A stretch of 64,000 bases of DNA, from positions 295,772-359,771 of the forward strand of contig JBDTVZ010000001.1 of NCBI GenBank assembly GCA_040006935.1, read 5' to 3'. Below the pieces are notes generated by a model. That model did not search any database, was not told the DNA's origin, and was given only the letters and a program-made list of their open reading frames with translations. Shown here piece by piece: positions 25,266 through 36,042 of this stretch. The translations under genes were made by a program, and so were the position numbers. This DNA comes from Candidatus Dojkabacteria bacterium (GTDB taxonomy: Bacteria; Patescibacteriota; Dojkabacteria; J137). Numbering within the stretch: the first letter of the stretch is position 1; each line of letters opens with the position of its first letter.

Positions 25266-26024
25266 ATGAATAAAATTATAATATCAGTCAAAAATTTAAT
25301 AAAGAAATATGGAGATTTTCAAGCTGTAAAAGGAATCAGTTTTGATGTATACGAAGGAGAAATCTTTGGACTTTTGGGACCTAATGGAGCAGGAAAGACT
25401 ACTACTCTTGAAATAATGGAAACACTCAGAGATGAAAGTGATGGAGAAGTAACTGTAGGAGGATATTCGATTAATAAGGACCCAGCCAAGGTGAAATCTA
25501 TTATTGGTGTTCAACTTCAAGCAGCTGGTTTTCACCCTGGTTTAAAATTAACTGAGATTTTAGAGCTCTTTGCAAGTTTATATGGAGTAAGGATAAATCC
25601 GATTGAGTTTTTGGAAAAGATTTCACTTAAAGACAAAGCCAAAGCTAAGATTAAAGAACTTTCTGGAGGTCAAAAACAAAGATTTTCCATAGCAACAACT
25701 TTAATAAATAACCCAAAAGTTATTTTTTTGGACGAACCTTCAACAGGTTTGGACCCTCAAGCACGAAGAAATTTATGGGATTTAATTAAAGAAATTAGAG
25801 ATAGTGGGACAACAGTTGTAATTACAACTCACTTTATGGATGAGGCAGAATATTTGTGCGATAGAGTAGCAATTATAGATGAAGGTATAATTTTAAAAAT
25901 AGATACACCAGATAATTTGATAGATCAACTTATCCATAAAGGATTTACAAAACCAAAACCTGCTAAAGATGCAAGTTTGGAAGATGTATTTATTGATTTA
26001 ACTGGGAAAGCACTTAGAGAGTAA
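25266..26024 (+). CDS. ABC transporter ATP-binding protein (ABC-2 type)
   Basis: Walker A GPNGAGKTT, signature LSGGQKQR, Walker B IFLDEPSTGLD. Confidence 0.85.
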   Translation: MNKIIISVKNLIKKYGDFQAVKGISFDVYEGEIFGLLGPNGAGKTTTLEIMETLRDESDGEVTVGGYSINKDPAKVKSIIGVQLQAAGFHPGLKLTEILELFASLYGVRINPIEFLEKISLKDKAKAKIKELSGGQKQRFSIATTLINNPKVIFLDEPSTGLDPQARRNLWDLIKEIRDSGTTVVITTHFMDEAEYLCDRVAIIDEGIILKIDTPDNLIDQLIHKGFTKPKPAKDASLEDVFIDLTGKALRE

Positions 26025-26039
26025 ATTTAATTAAAAACT

Positions 26040-27179
26040 ATGAGTCAAGGTAAACCAACGCAAATTAGAGCTATTCTTGCATTAACCAAAGCAAGCTTAC
26101 TTTCTACTTTTAGAAACCCATCCGCAGTATTTTTTAGCTTTGCGTTCCCATTTATTTTTATTATTGTATTTGGACTTTTAGCACAAGGAAGTAGTGCAAT
26201 TGATATAGGAGTTAGGCAGAATTCAGATAAATCTGGAATTTTTTACGAGACTTTAGATAAACTCTCACAGGATAACGGTGATAAGAAGAAAATTGTAAAT
26301 TTGATTACTGACAAAACCGATGATGAGCTAAATGATCAGTTAAAAAAGGGTCAAATTCCTCTAGTTATAAACCTACATAAAAAAGGTGATGTAAATGTAG
26401 TTGATCAAACAGTAGGAGTTTATGATTTAACTGTAGAAAGATCTGCCGCATCTCAATCTTCTCAATCTGCAGAAACTATTGTGAATAGTATTACTGAGAG
26501 TATAAATAACCCAGATGATCCTTCAAGAGTAAAGTTAATTAATACTAATGTTGTAACAGTTGAGGGTAGAAAGTATACACAAATAGATTTTATACTTCCA
26601 GGACAGTTATCTTTTGCATTATTAATGAGCGCCATGAATGGAATAGCCTTTTCGTTTATTGCGTTAAGAAAAGAACTTGTTATTAAAAGAATATTTGCAA
26701 CACCTACAAGTAAATCATCAATTATACTTTCAGAAATTTTAAGTAAAATTGTTCTCGCTGTTTTGCAATCTTTATTAATAATTACAGTTGGGAATATATT
26801 CTTCGGGTTTACTCTTGCAAATGGAATTTGGACATTACTGTCAATGATTACACTAGCAATTATTGGATTATTAGTATTCCTTGGATTTGGTTTATTAGTT
26901 ACAACCTTTGGTAATGACGAGGATGCAATTGCACCAGCAGCTAATTTAATTTCAATGCCTCAGTTATTTTTATCTGGTTCGTTCTTCCCAATTGATGCTT
27001 TCCCTTCATTCTTGCAGCCTATTGCAAGAATTCTTCCGATGACGTTTTTAAATGACGCTATGAGAAAAGTTGCTTTTGAAGGAGTTCCACTGTCCGATAC
27101 ATTACCTCAAATTTTAGGATTAATTGTTTGGGGAATTCTAATTTATATTATTGTAGTAAGGCTATTTAAATGGGAATAA
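26040..27179 (+). CDS. ABC-2 family permease
   Basis: N-terminal TM helix, a large loop, then five TM helices. Immediately follows the ATPase. Confidence 0.6.
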   Translation: MSQGKPTQIRAILALTKASLLSTFRNPSAVFFSFAFPFIFIIVFGLLAQGSSAIDIGVRQNSDKSGIFYETLDKLSQDNGDKKKIVNLITDKTDDELNDQLKKGQIPLVINLHKKGDVNVVDQTVGVYDLTVERSAASQSSQSAETIVNSITESINNPDDPSRVKLINTNVVTVEGRKYTQIDFILPGQLSFALLMSAMNGIAFSFIALRKELVIKRIFATPTSKSSIILSEILSKIVLAVLQSLLIITVGNIFFGFTLANGIWTLLSMITLAIIGLLVFLGFGLLVTTFGNDEDAIAPAANLISMPQLFLSGSFFPIDAFPSFLQPIARILPMTFLNDAMRKVAFEGVPLSDTLPQILGLIVWGILIYIIVVRLFKWE

Positions 27180-30100
27180 CTACATAGAACAATATTCACA
27201 TTCTCGGCACAAAGGATATTCTTCAGTTCCTGAGAATTCTAGATTCCTAATCTTAGTAATAACATCTTTGATTTTTTCTTTCAAAATATTTACATCTTCG
27301 TTTGTAATTTCCAAAGAAACTCGTTTAAACTGTCCATTTGGTTGTGGTTTTAAGAAGTCAACTTCAGCTTGTTGCACTTCGTATTTTGAAGAATTTATAT
27401 TAGATCTAAAGTGTTCATCGCATTCTGCTAGTAACTTATAGAAAACTAGTTGTCTGAATATATTTCCTTTAGAATTTTTTGTTAAACCTCTGATAGAATT
27501 TTCACTTTCAGGAACTTTAGTTTTGTAATCAATAACTTTCACTTTTGTAACTTGTCCTAATGTATCTTTTTCCAATGGTTCTATTTTATCCATCTTTCCA
27601 GATAAAGGAATTGCATCTATTCCAGGTATTTCTAAAAGAAGGTTTCTTCCATAAAATCCATACTCAACTTCAATTGGTTTTACAAAAGTTCCTTTATAGA
27701 AATTATAATATTCATCGATGATTTTATTTCCTTCTATTAATACCGATTCAAAGTCCTCAGGACCTAGTAATTCTCGTTCTAGCTGTTGTTGAAATAAAAA
27801 TTTAAGATAATTATTATCTTTTTCATCTCCCTTTATTAAGCTTCTGTAAAAATGTTCTAATGCAAAGTGCATCGCATTTCCCAATGCAATACTTTTATCT
27901 TTAAATTTAGGAACTTTTAATAATCTGTTGAATTTAAATTTTAATGGACATTCAATATATTCGTTTAATGCGCTGGCGCTTAATTTGAAGTTTGATATTA
28001 AATATTTCAAGTATTCTTCTTCCGAAATAGAGTAGTTTGTTGCTACTGCTGGCTTTAGAATATTCTTTAATCTCTCAATATCAATTTCTTCATATTTTTG
28101 TGTATTTACTTTCTCTATTAAATTCTCCGGAAGTTCTGCTAAAAATTGACTTGGTGATGTTTGCGTTGTTGAATTTCCACTCGGGTAAGATTGTGCGTAT
28201 GTGATATAAACAAATTCCTTAGCTCTAGTTAAGGCTACAAAAAATAATCTCCTTTCGTCTTCAATTTCGTCTATTTCTTCTGGATCTTCGTCTGTGTTTA
28301 GTAAAAGTTTTATTTTATTTTTATCTGCGGCTCCACCCCAAGTTTTATCTACAAATTTAATTATGAAAACATGTTTAAATTCTAATCCTTTGGATTTATG
28401 TGCTGTTAATAAATTTACCCCTTTTCTATTAATCTCTAAATCTTTTTCATTTATAGGCATTTTTTCCTCTTCCAAAGTTGTTAAATCTGATAAAAATTCC
28501 GCAAGAGAAATTTTCTTATTCAATTTATTTACGTCTTTTGTATATGAAAAGAATGAGTTCACTGAATTTATATTCTCTATAGAAGTTTCATTTTTATCTG
28601 TTTTCTTAAATACATAATCTATAAATCCACTTTCACTTCCAACTACTTCTAAAAATTGTGTAATTGATAAATTGCTTGATACTCCTTTCCAGTTGGCAAT
28701 TTTTAAGGCAAAGTTTTTTAAATCTTCTTCTTGTTTTAAATTCAAACCTCGTAACTTTTCTTGAAATTCTTCCTTTGTTAGTAAATCAAAGATTGAGAGT
28801 TTTTCATCTCCCGCTATTCTTGTAATTTTAAAAATATCAAGTCTATCAAAGTTAAGAAAATTAAAAAACAATACTTTGAATAATAAAAAATCACGATCTT
28901 TATTTGTATACTCAATTGTTTTTAATAAATCTATAAACTGTTCTACTACTTTATTATCTGTGGCATTTTTACCCGCTGTAACTTGAAGTGGAATATTTTC
29001 TTTTACTAAGGCTTCGATTAATTCTGTTGCATTCGAATGATTTCTATAAATTATTGCAACATCTTTTAAATCAATTCCTTGAGATTGAAGTTCTTTTATT
29101 TTATCTACAATATAAGCAATTTCACCATCTGAAGTATTGAATTCCAAGATTTGTGCTTTATGATTTGGAATTTCAATTGCTGCTTTTAATTTTTTATTTA
29201 AGTAAGGAATATAATTTACCAATCTCGCTTTATTATTTTCTATAACTCCTGATGCAAGGTCTAATATGTTTTGACTAGATCGGTAATTCTCTGTGATTGG
29301 AATAGTTTGAACATTTTGAAATTGTTTTTCAAAAAACAATAAATTTTCTACATTTGCTCCTTGGAATCTGTAAATTGCTTGGTCGTCATCTCCAACTGCA
29401 AATATATTTGGTGAACTATCAAAGTTTCCCAGATATTTTAAAATTTCATTTTGAGCTCCATTTGTATCTTGGTATTCATCGACTAGAATATATAAATATT
29501 TTTCTTGGTAAGAAGATAAAATATCTGGATTTGTTTTAAATTTTTCTAGAACAAATAGAATCATGTCTTCGTAATCGTAGAATCCTTTTTCTGTTAAGAG
29601 AGCAGAGTACGTTTTATAAATTCTAGAAAGTTCTAAATTCTTCTGAGCACTTTTTCGGGCTGTATCCCATTTCCCAGTTGGCTTTCCTGTTTTTTTATTG
29701 ATTGCTGTATTTGATTCTAAATCTTCAATTACTTTCTGTGCATTTTTTTCTAAAGTTTCTGGAGTAACTCCTTCTCGTTTTAATGTTTGAATAGAGGAGT
29801 TTATAGCTCTAATATATGAATACTTATCTCTAAAAGGAATTAATTTGAACTCTGATTTTCCAACCTCAATCTCAACTTTATCAATTGCTTCTCTTAGTAA
29901 TTTTAGACGATTTAAATCGTCTAACTGAGTTAGTTCTTTTGAGAACATAAATTCTTCAGGGAAGGTTTGAATTACTTCATTGCAAAAACTATGGAAAGTA
30001 TGAATTCGAACATAATATGCATCGTTTCCTATCATTTCTAACAGTCTTCTTCGCATTGCTGTTACTCCAGACTCTGTGAATGTTAAACAAAGAATATTAG

Positions 30101-30266
30101 AGGCGTTGGCATCTGTTTTTTGGAGTATATTTGCAATCCTAAGAGTAAGAACCTGTGTTTTACCAGTTCCTGGACCTGCAACAACTAAAACTGGTCCTTC
30201 AACTGTTTCGACGGCTTTTCGTTGTTGTGGATTGAGTTTTTCTAAAAGGTGGTCAATATTCTGCAT
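27180..30266 (-). CDS. UvrD/PcrA-type superfamily 1 helicase fused to a C-terminal PD-(D/E)xK (Cas4/AddB-like) nuclease domain with a CxxC..C cluster
   Basis: AGPGTGKTQVL Walker A, a DEYQDT-like motif, and a C-terminal VIDYKT...CRECEYC. Confidence 0.75.
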   Translation of the reverse strand: MQNIDHLLEKLNPQQRKAVETVEGPVLVVAGPGTGKTQVLTLRIANILQKTDANASNILCLTFTESGVTAMRRRLLEMIGNDAYYVRIHTFHSFCNEVIQTFPEEFMFSKELTQLDDLNRLKLLREAIDKVEIEVGKSEFKLIPFRDKYSYIRAINSSIQTLKREGVTPETLEKNAQKVIEDLESNTAINKKTGKPTGKWDTARKSAQKNLELSRIYKTYSALLTEKGFYDYEDMILFVLEKFKTNPDILSSYQEKYLYILVDEYQDTNGAQNEILKYLGNFDSSPNIFAVGDDDQAIYRFQGANVENLLFFEKQFQNVQTIPITENYRSSQNILDLASGVIENNKARLVNYIPYLNKKLKAAIEIPNHKAQILEFNTSDGEIAYIVDKIKELQSQGIDLKDVAIIYRNHSNATELIEALVKENIPLQVTAGKNATDNKVVEQFIDLLKTIEYTNKDRDFLLFKVLFFNFLNFDRLDIFKITRIAGDEKLSIFDLLTKEEFQEKLRGLNLKQEEDLKNFALKIANWKGVSSNLSITQFLEVVGSESGFIDYVFKKTDKNETSIENINSVNSFFSYTKDVNKLNKKISLAEFLSDLTTLEEEKMPINEKDLEINRKGVNLLTAHKSKGLEFKHVFIIKFVDKTWGGAADKNKIKLLLNTDEDPEEIDEIEDERRLFFVALTRAKEFVYITYAQSYPSGNSTTQTSPSQFLAELPENLIEKVNTQKYEEIDIERLKNILKPAVATNYSISEEEYLKYLISNFKLSASALNEYIECPLKFKFNRLLKVPKFKDKSIALGNAMHFALEHFYRSLIKGDEKDNNYLKFLFQQQLERELLGPEDFESVLIEGNKIIDEYYNFYKGTFVKPIEVEYGFYGRNLLLEIPGIDAIPLSGKMDKIEPLEKDTLGQVTKVKVIDYKTKVPESENSIRGLTKNSKGNIFRQLVFYKLLAECDEHFRSNINSSKYEVQQAEVDFLKPQPNGQFKRVSLEITNEDVNILKEKIKDVITKIRNLEFSGTEEYPLCRECEYCSM

Positions 30267-30310
30267 GAACTATTTATACCACAACTTTTAGAAACGTGAA
30301 GGAAAGTTAA

Positions 30311-30838
30311 TTATTTTCTATCTGTCTTGTGTAGAGGACTGTAGAATGGATCTTCGGGAAGAATGGAGTTGGGTAATTTATATTCTGTTTTGAACTCTTC
30401 ATCAACTGTATCAAGCAATTGATTAGTTACCTCTGATCCAAAAATAAGATCGTTAATTTCTCTTAAGAAGAGGAGTCTTTTATTATCATCAGGAATAATG
30501 TAATCCCTCATTCTTAATGCAATTTTCTTATATAAACCCAATATATTTAAATATATTTCTTCATTTGTTTTTTTAGATGCTTTTTCTGCAAAGGTATCTG
30601 CAATAACACCTTTAGGGTAATTACTTCTTACTAAAAGTACATATTCCCATGCACTTTTAATATTTTCTAAGGATAAAGATCTATTTTCATAGCTTAGTAA
30701 ATCTGGTTCATTTACGGCTTCTAAAGAAGCAAAAACTTCTTCTAAAAGTATGGTAAAACAATTTTCAGCCGCAGTTAAACTAAGCTCTGGTTGTACAAAC
30801 CAAACCAAGTTCATTCTTTGTTCTTGTGCTGCCTCCAT
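30311..30838 (-). CDS. hypothetical acidic protein (175 aa)
   Basis: ORF in an operon-like arrangement with lepB and the helicase-nuclease. Confidence 0.4.
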   Translation of the reverse strand: MEAAQEQRMNLVWFVQPELSLTAAENCFTILLEEVFASLEAVNEPDLLSYENRSLSLENIKSAWEYVLLVRSNYPKGVIADTFAEKASKKTNEEIYLNILGLYKKIALRMRDYIIPDDNKRLLFLREINDLIFGSEVTNQLLDTVDEEFKTEYKLPNSILPEDPFYSPLHKTDRK

Positions 30839-30965
30839 AAAAGTTGACTAAGATCTAGAATTATATCAAATCATAATTTATTATGTCAACACTTTACGGC
30901 GACATAATTACATTCACACAAGAGTAGGAATACACTGTAAATAAAGCAGAATTAACTATAGGAAG

Positions 30966-31571
30966 TTATTTTAAGCTACTTTCACCTGCACCTATCACAC
31001 CGATTTCATCTGCAGGCCATATTCTTAAGAAGATTTTACCTTGAAGCCAATCTTCTTGAATTATTCCAATATATCTAGAATCCGAGCTTACACGTCTGTT
31101 ATCACCCATTACAAAATAGTTTTCTTCTGGAAGAGTTAGATCCTTTCCTTCTTTTAAGTATGTACCACCACCAGTATATGTTCCTGAAGGTAGATAACTT
31201 TCTTCTAATTCCTTACCATTTATATAGACTTTTCCATTTTCTACTCTAATTGTTTCCCCAGGTAATCCAATAACTCTTTTGATTAAGGAAACTATTCCTG
31301 GTTTATCTACTACCACGACATCTCCTCGTTTATATTCAAGGCCTAAAGTTTTACCTACTTGAGTTGAACCTACCCAATGCGAAAGTCTATTAGTATAAAG
31401 TCTATCTCCAGTAGTGTAGTTTGGCTGCATAGAACTCCCATCTACTTCGTTTGGAGCAGCCACGAAGGTGATTATAAATATACAAATTACTATGGAAACT
31501 ATAACAGATTGGCCAAATTCAATAATTTGTTTTTTAAATTCGGGTGTAAGAATATTTTTCATATTCCTCAT
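30966..31571 (-). CDS. lepB: signal peptidase I
   Basis: GSSMQPN (catalytic Ser box), GDNRRVSSDSR (Lys/Arg box region), N-terminal TM anchor. Confidence 0.8.
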   Translation of the reverse strand: MRNMKNILTPEFKKQIIEFGQSVIVSIVICIFIITFVAAPNEVDGSSMQPNYTTGDRLYTNRLSHWVGSTQVGKTLGLEYKRGDVVVVDKPGIVSLIKRVIGLPGETIRVENGKVYINGKELEESYLPSGTYTGGGTYLKEGKDLTLPEENYFVMGDNRRVSSDSRYIGIIQEDWLQGKIFLRIWPADEIGVIGAGESSLK

Positions 31572-31610
31572 TTTACAGTAATAATGGAATTTTGAGGAGT
31601 GGAAAAACTT

Positions 31611-32237
31611 TTAAGGCCTGAATATATAATCTAAGTATTCCTTTTCCTCGATATAGAAAGGCATATATTTAGGCTTCTGCTCATCCGGTGAGAGTGAACT
31701 GTCAGGTTCATATTGAATTAATTCATAATGTGTGTATAAATCATCTCTGACTGGAGTAAAGTTCCCATCAAGATCACGATTTAAATAGCTTAATATCCTT
31801 CTATAAAATCTATAGCTATCTATTTCGTCCTCTGAAGCAAAATCACCTTCAATTAGAAGTTCATATCTAATTTTTACACTTAATTCAGTAAATATTCGAT
31901 TTATTTTTTCTATGAATGGGGATACAATCACCTCAAATACTTCGTCTATATTTAGTTTCTTGTTAGATTTAAAAGAATTGTAAATTATTGCAATACATCT
32001 TAAGAGTTCATCTTGATAATCTACATTTTCAGGATCTTCTAAAAAATTTTTAGCAGCAAAATTAAATAAAGCTATGACATCTTCAGCTTGATATTGTTTT
32101 TCATCTTCTGAAATAGGAGTAGATACTAGAGTTAGAAGGCTAATTCCAAAGTAACTTTCTAGGAAACTATTATAATCAACTAGTAATTGACTTTCTCCAA
32201 ATTTTACTATGCCATCTTCAACTATTATATCTGCCAT
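31611..32237 (-). CDS. hypothetical acidic protein (208 aa)
   Basis: ORF only. Confidence 0.4.
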   Translation of the reverse strand: MADIIVEDGIVKFGESQLLVDYNSFLESYFGISLLTLVSTPISEDEKQYQAEDVIALFNFAAKNFLEDPENVDYQDELLRCIAIIYNSFKSNKKLNIDEVFEVIVSPFIEKINRIFTELSVKIRYELLIEGDFASEDEIDSYRFYRRILSYLNRDLDGNFTPVRDDLYTHYELIQYEPDSSLSPDEQKPKYMPFYIEEKEYLDYIFRP

Positions 32238-32240
32238 TAT

Positions 32241-32786
32241 TTATTGTTCTAAAATTTGTTTTATTGGACTAGGTTTTCTAAACTGCCATACAAGTTCTTT
32301 CCCATTCAAATTAATTGTATGCTCTGTATAAAATTGCTCTATTAGGTCAATATATTTAAATACTAACACTTTTAGTGCCTGTTTAAATTTAGTTTGTCTA
32401 ACTAGATCATAAGATTGAAAGCGTTTATCTGCTAAGAATAAATTTCCCAAATTCAAGTCTAATAATAATTCTTGTCCTGGATTAATCTTAATCTGGAAAA
32501 CTTTGCTTAACATATCTTTCATTGTTTGAAATACTAAAAGATCCTCAGTAATATTTGCTGTTATTACGTTTATATAAGTTTTATTAAAAGCTGTCCAAAG
32601 TTCAATATAGAAATTCTCAATTCTAGAATTGAGCTCAACTCTTGTTGAATCATTTCTAATTAATGACTCTAACTTATTAATAATATTATTATATTTTTTT
32701 TGAAGCCCGTAAATTTCAGGATCTAGGAGAAGATCTAAATCTTTTGAAGAATCTACTTTAACAACAATGTCTCCATTCAATGGCAT
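32241..32786 (-). CDS. hypothetical protein (181 aa)
   Basis: ORF only. Confidence 0.4.
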   Translation of the reverse strand: MPLNGDIVVKVDSSKDLDLLLDPEIYGLQKKYNNIINKLESLIRNDSTRVELNSRIENFYIELWTAFNKTYINVITANITEDLLVFQTMKDMLSKVFQIKINPGQELLLDLNLGNLFLADKRFQSYDLVRQTKFKQALKVLVFKYIDLIEQFYTEHTINLNGKELVWQFRKPSPIKQILEQ

Positions 32787-32866
32787 ATATTTATATAACC
32801 GTTATAGGATTATACCGGTTTAATTATATATTCTGCAAGTGAATCTAATAAAATGTACGTCAGAAT

Positions 32867-33604
32867 TCAAGGCTCCATAACTTCACTTCTTAGTATCTTT
32901 GGATGCAAGGATTTACCCAATTTTTCCTCGAGAAAGGAAATAAGATCTTGTAGAGTAGAGTTTTCTCTTAGTGAATTAAATAGTAAAAGTAAACTGTCTA
33001 ATTTCTGTAGCTCAACGACTACGCTTACATTTGATATTTGATGCATAACTTCCAAGGAAAAATACCCGAGATATTTATTAATTAGGTCTTTAATTAAAAA
33101 AGGATCAATATCAATCCCAACAGCTTTGGAATATCTTAATTGTTGAAGGAAACAAGATAACAATTCAGGCCCATTATCTTCTGTTAGAATTTTCATTCTC
33201 AAACAAAGCTCAATGTATCGCTGCTCAAATACTTTAAAGTATTCTCTAAAATATTCACCATGGGGTATTTCCGACACTATTTTCTCAAGGTAAATTATCT
33301 CTCCTTCTACATCTTCAAGTATTAATTGAGAAGTTGAGTTGGGTGGGAAACATTCCTGCAACCTCAATTGATTTCTCTTTATTAGAAACCATAAGCTTCT
33401 TCGAGGATCCGCTTCCTGAATAGCCTTTTGGCTAATAGAAGTCATCTCCAATATTTCCACCGGCATTTCCAGATATGGGCGTAGTTCTTCAGTATCTGGA
33501 AATAACGAAAGTCTCTTACTAGTGTTAACAAACATAATAGTCGACTGATCTATGTTCATAATAGTGAATAGGATAAATACCTCGCTATTATATTTAAGTG
33601 ACAT
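32867..33604 (-). CDS. hypothetical protein (245 aa)
   Basis: ORF only. Confidence 0.4.
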   Translation of the reverse strand: MSLKYNSEVFILFTIMNIDQSTIMFVNTSKRLSLFPDTEELRPYLEMPVEILEMTSISQKAIQEADPRRSLWFLIKRNQLRLQECFPPNSTSQLILEDVEGEIIYLEKIVSEIPHGEYFREYFKVFEQRYIELCLRMKILTEDNGPELLSCFLQQLRYSKAVGIDIDPFLIKDLINKYLGYFSLEVMHQISNVSVVVELQKLDSLLLLFNSLRENSTLQDLISFLEEKLGKSLHPKILRSEVMEP

Positions 33605-33667
33605 TACGAAATCAAGAAAAAAAAGAGTCCCGTTTTAGAGGACTCTTTATACTTCACAAGATTTCTA

Positions 33668-35827
33668 CTATTTTGTTGTGGCTGTTCCTAATACTTTTTC
33701 CATGATATTTCTTGGAACTTCAGCATAGTGGCTTGGCTCCATGTTTCCGGCTGCAGTTCCAGAAGTTAGGTTTCTTAAATCCCCAATATATCCGAAAAGT
33801 TCTGCCAAAGGTGCTTCTGCAACAATTTCCTTAGTTTTACCTCTTTGTAAAAGATTCTTAATTAAACCTCTTTTTGAAGATAAATATCCAGTCACAGATC
33901 CAACATATTCATCCGGAACATTAATTGTTACATTCATAATTGGCTCTAATAGAACAGGATTCGCTTTTTTAATAGCATTTTTAATTCCATAGAATGCACA
34001 ACTTCTGAAAGTATCTGTATTTGAGTCCACATCGTGATAAGTACCATCTGTAATTTCTGCTTCAACATCAACAACAGGGAATCCTCCTAAAGGTCCTGCA
34101 GTAATAGATTCTTGGAATCCTTTATCAATAGCTGGGATATATTCTCTTGGAATAGATCCTCCTTTGATAGAATCCTTGAAGTTATATCCTGCTCCTCTTT
34201 CTCTTGGTCTAACTATCATATCAATATCTGCATATTGCCCAGCTCCTCCAGATTGTTTCTTCAAAAGTTCTCTGTGCTGTGCCTCTTCTTTAATAGTTTC
34301 TCTATAAGCTACCTGAGGCTTACCTACAGCAACTTCAATCCCGTACTCTCTCTTCATAATGTCTACTTTGATGTCCAAGTGCAACTCTCCCATTCCTGAG
34401 ATAATAACTTGTCCTGTTTCTGAGTCTGTTTTTGCTCTAAAAGTAGGATCTTCTGATACAAGTTTTGCAAGGACTTCACCCATCTTTTCTTGGTCAGACT
34501 TTGTTTTTGGCTCAATAGCAAAACTAACAACTGGTTCTGGGAAATTAATACTTTCAAGAATAATTGGATTTTTATCATCTGAGATTGTTTCTCCAGTTCT
34601 TGTATCTTTAAATCCTACGATAGCAGCGATATCTCCTGTCTTTACTTCTTTCACTTCCTCTCTGTGGTTTGCATGCATTAATAAAATTCGCCCAACTCTT
34701 TCCTTAATATCTTTTGAACTATTGTAAACATAAGATCCAGCTTGTAGTTTACCAGAGTAAACTCTAAAGAAAGCTAAGTTTCCAACGTGTGGGTCAACAG
34801 CAAGTTTAAATACTAAACCTGAGAAAGGTTCATTTTCATTAAGCTCTCTAGTTGTGAATTCACCAGTTTCTGGATTTGTTCCTGGAATTTTTCCTTTTAG
34901 CACTTTTTCTTCTCCTGTTTCTTTATCGTCATATGTATATTCTTTATCTAATGGAGAAGGTAAGTATAGACAAACATTATCTAACATTGCTTGCACACCT
35001 TTATTTCTTAAAGATGATCCAGCCATTACTGGGAATAGCTTTAAGGCTAGAGTAGCTTTTCGAACTCCTGATTCAAGTTCATCACCAGAAATTTCTTGTC
35101 CTTCTAAGTATTTCATTGCGATATCATCATCTGCATCTGCAACAACTTCGATAAGTTTTGTTCTCCATTCTAATGCTTTGGCCTTTAAGTCTTCGCTTAC
35201 TGGTTTTACTTCAATATCTTTTCCTTCATCGTCTAAGTGAATTCTAGTTTCCATTCTTACCAAATCGATTATTCCTTTGAATTCATTTTCAATTCCAATT
35301 GGTAGTGAGATTGGAACTGCTTTTTCTGTTAAGTGGTCTGTAATACTTGTGTAAGATTTATAGAAGTCTGCACCAATGTTATCTAGTTTATTAATGTAAC
35401 ACATTCTAGGAACTCTATATTTTTCTGCTTGGAACCAAACTTTTGAAGATTGTGGTTCAACTCCCATCTTTCCGTCGAATACAACAATTGCACCATCTAA
35501 AACTCTTAAAGATCTTTCTACTTCAGCAGTAAAGTCTACGTGCCCTGGTGTATCAATAATGTTAATTCTATATGGTTGATTTTTCAAGCTCCAAAATGCT
35601 GTTGTAGCAGCTGATTGGATGGTAATACCTCTTTCTCTTTCCTGTGCCATAAAGTCCATTTCGGCAGCTCCTTCATGAACTTCTCCTACTTTGTGTTTTC
35701 TACCTGTAAAGAATAAGATTCTTTCTGTAGTTGTAGTTTTACCTGCATCTACATGTGCAATAATTCCTATATTTCTATAGTACTTTGTATCTTTTACTTT
35801 CGTGTAATCTAAATGTACCTCTGCCAT
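33668..35827 (-). CDS. fusA: elongation factor G (stand-alone copy, not in an rpsL-rpsG-fusA-tuf context)
   Basis: AHVDAGKTTTTE, DTPGHVDF, and full-length five-domain architecture. No ribosomal protein genes flank it. Confidence 0.9.
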   Translation of the reverse strand: MAEVHLDYTKVKDTKYYRNIGIIAHVDAGKTTTTERILFFTGRKHKVGEVHEGAAEMDFMAQERERGITIQSAATTAFWSLKNQPYRINIIDTPGHVDFTAEVERSLRVLDGAIVVFDGKMGVEPQSSKVWFQAEKYRVPRMCYINKLDNIGADFYKSYTSITDHLTEKAVPISLPIGIENEFKGIIDLVRMETRIHLDDEGKDIEVKPVSEDLKAKALEWRTKLIEVVADADDDIAMKYLEGQEISGDELESGVRKATLALKLFPVMAGSSLRNKGVQAMLDNVCLYLPSPLDKEYTYDDKETGEEKVLKGKIPGTNPETGEFTTRELNENEPFSGLVFKLAVDPHVGNLAFFRVYSGKLQAGSYVYNSSKDIKERVGRILLMHANHREEVKEVKTGDIAAIVGFKDTRTGETISDDKNPIILESINFPEPVVSFAIEPKTKSDQEKMGEVLAKLVSEDPTFRAKTDSETGQVIISGMGELHLDIKVDIMKREYGIEVAVGKPQVAYRETIKEEAQHRELLKKQSGGAGQYADIDMIVRPRERGAGYNFKDSIKGGSIPREYIPAIDKGFQESITAGPLGGFPVVDVEAEITDGTYHDVDSNTDTFRSCAFYGIKNAIKKANPVLLEPIMNVTINVPDEYVGSVTGYLSSKRGLIKNLLQRGKTKEIVAEAPLAELFGYIGDLRNLTSGTAAGNMEPSHYAEVPRNIMEKVLGTATTK

Positions 35828-36042
35828 AAAAAAATTATAAGTAATAAGTTTTTAGTTATAAGTTCACAGGTTTTGAGTTCTGGGAATAGCTTTTAAAGCC
35901 ACTACCAATATAGAAGTCTATCTTTATTAGTTATTCGTTATTCAACTGAAAACTTATAACTGAGAACTAAAAACTTGCTTCGAAGTATGCCACAAAAGCC
36001 TTTGAAAATCAAGCTATAGCTATCCTTTGCTAAAAGTTTAAC

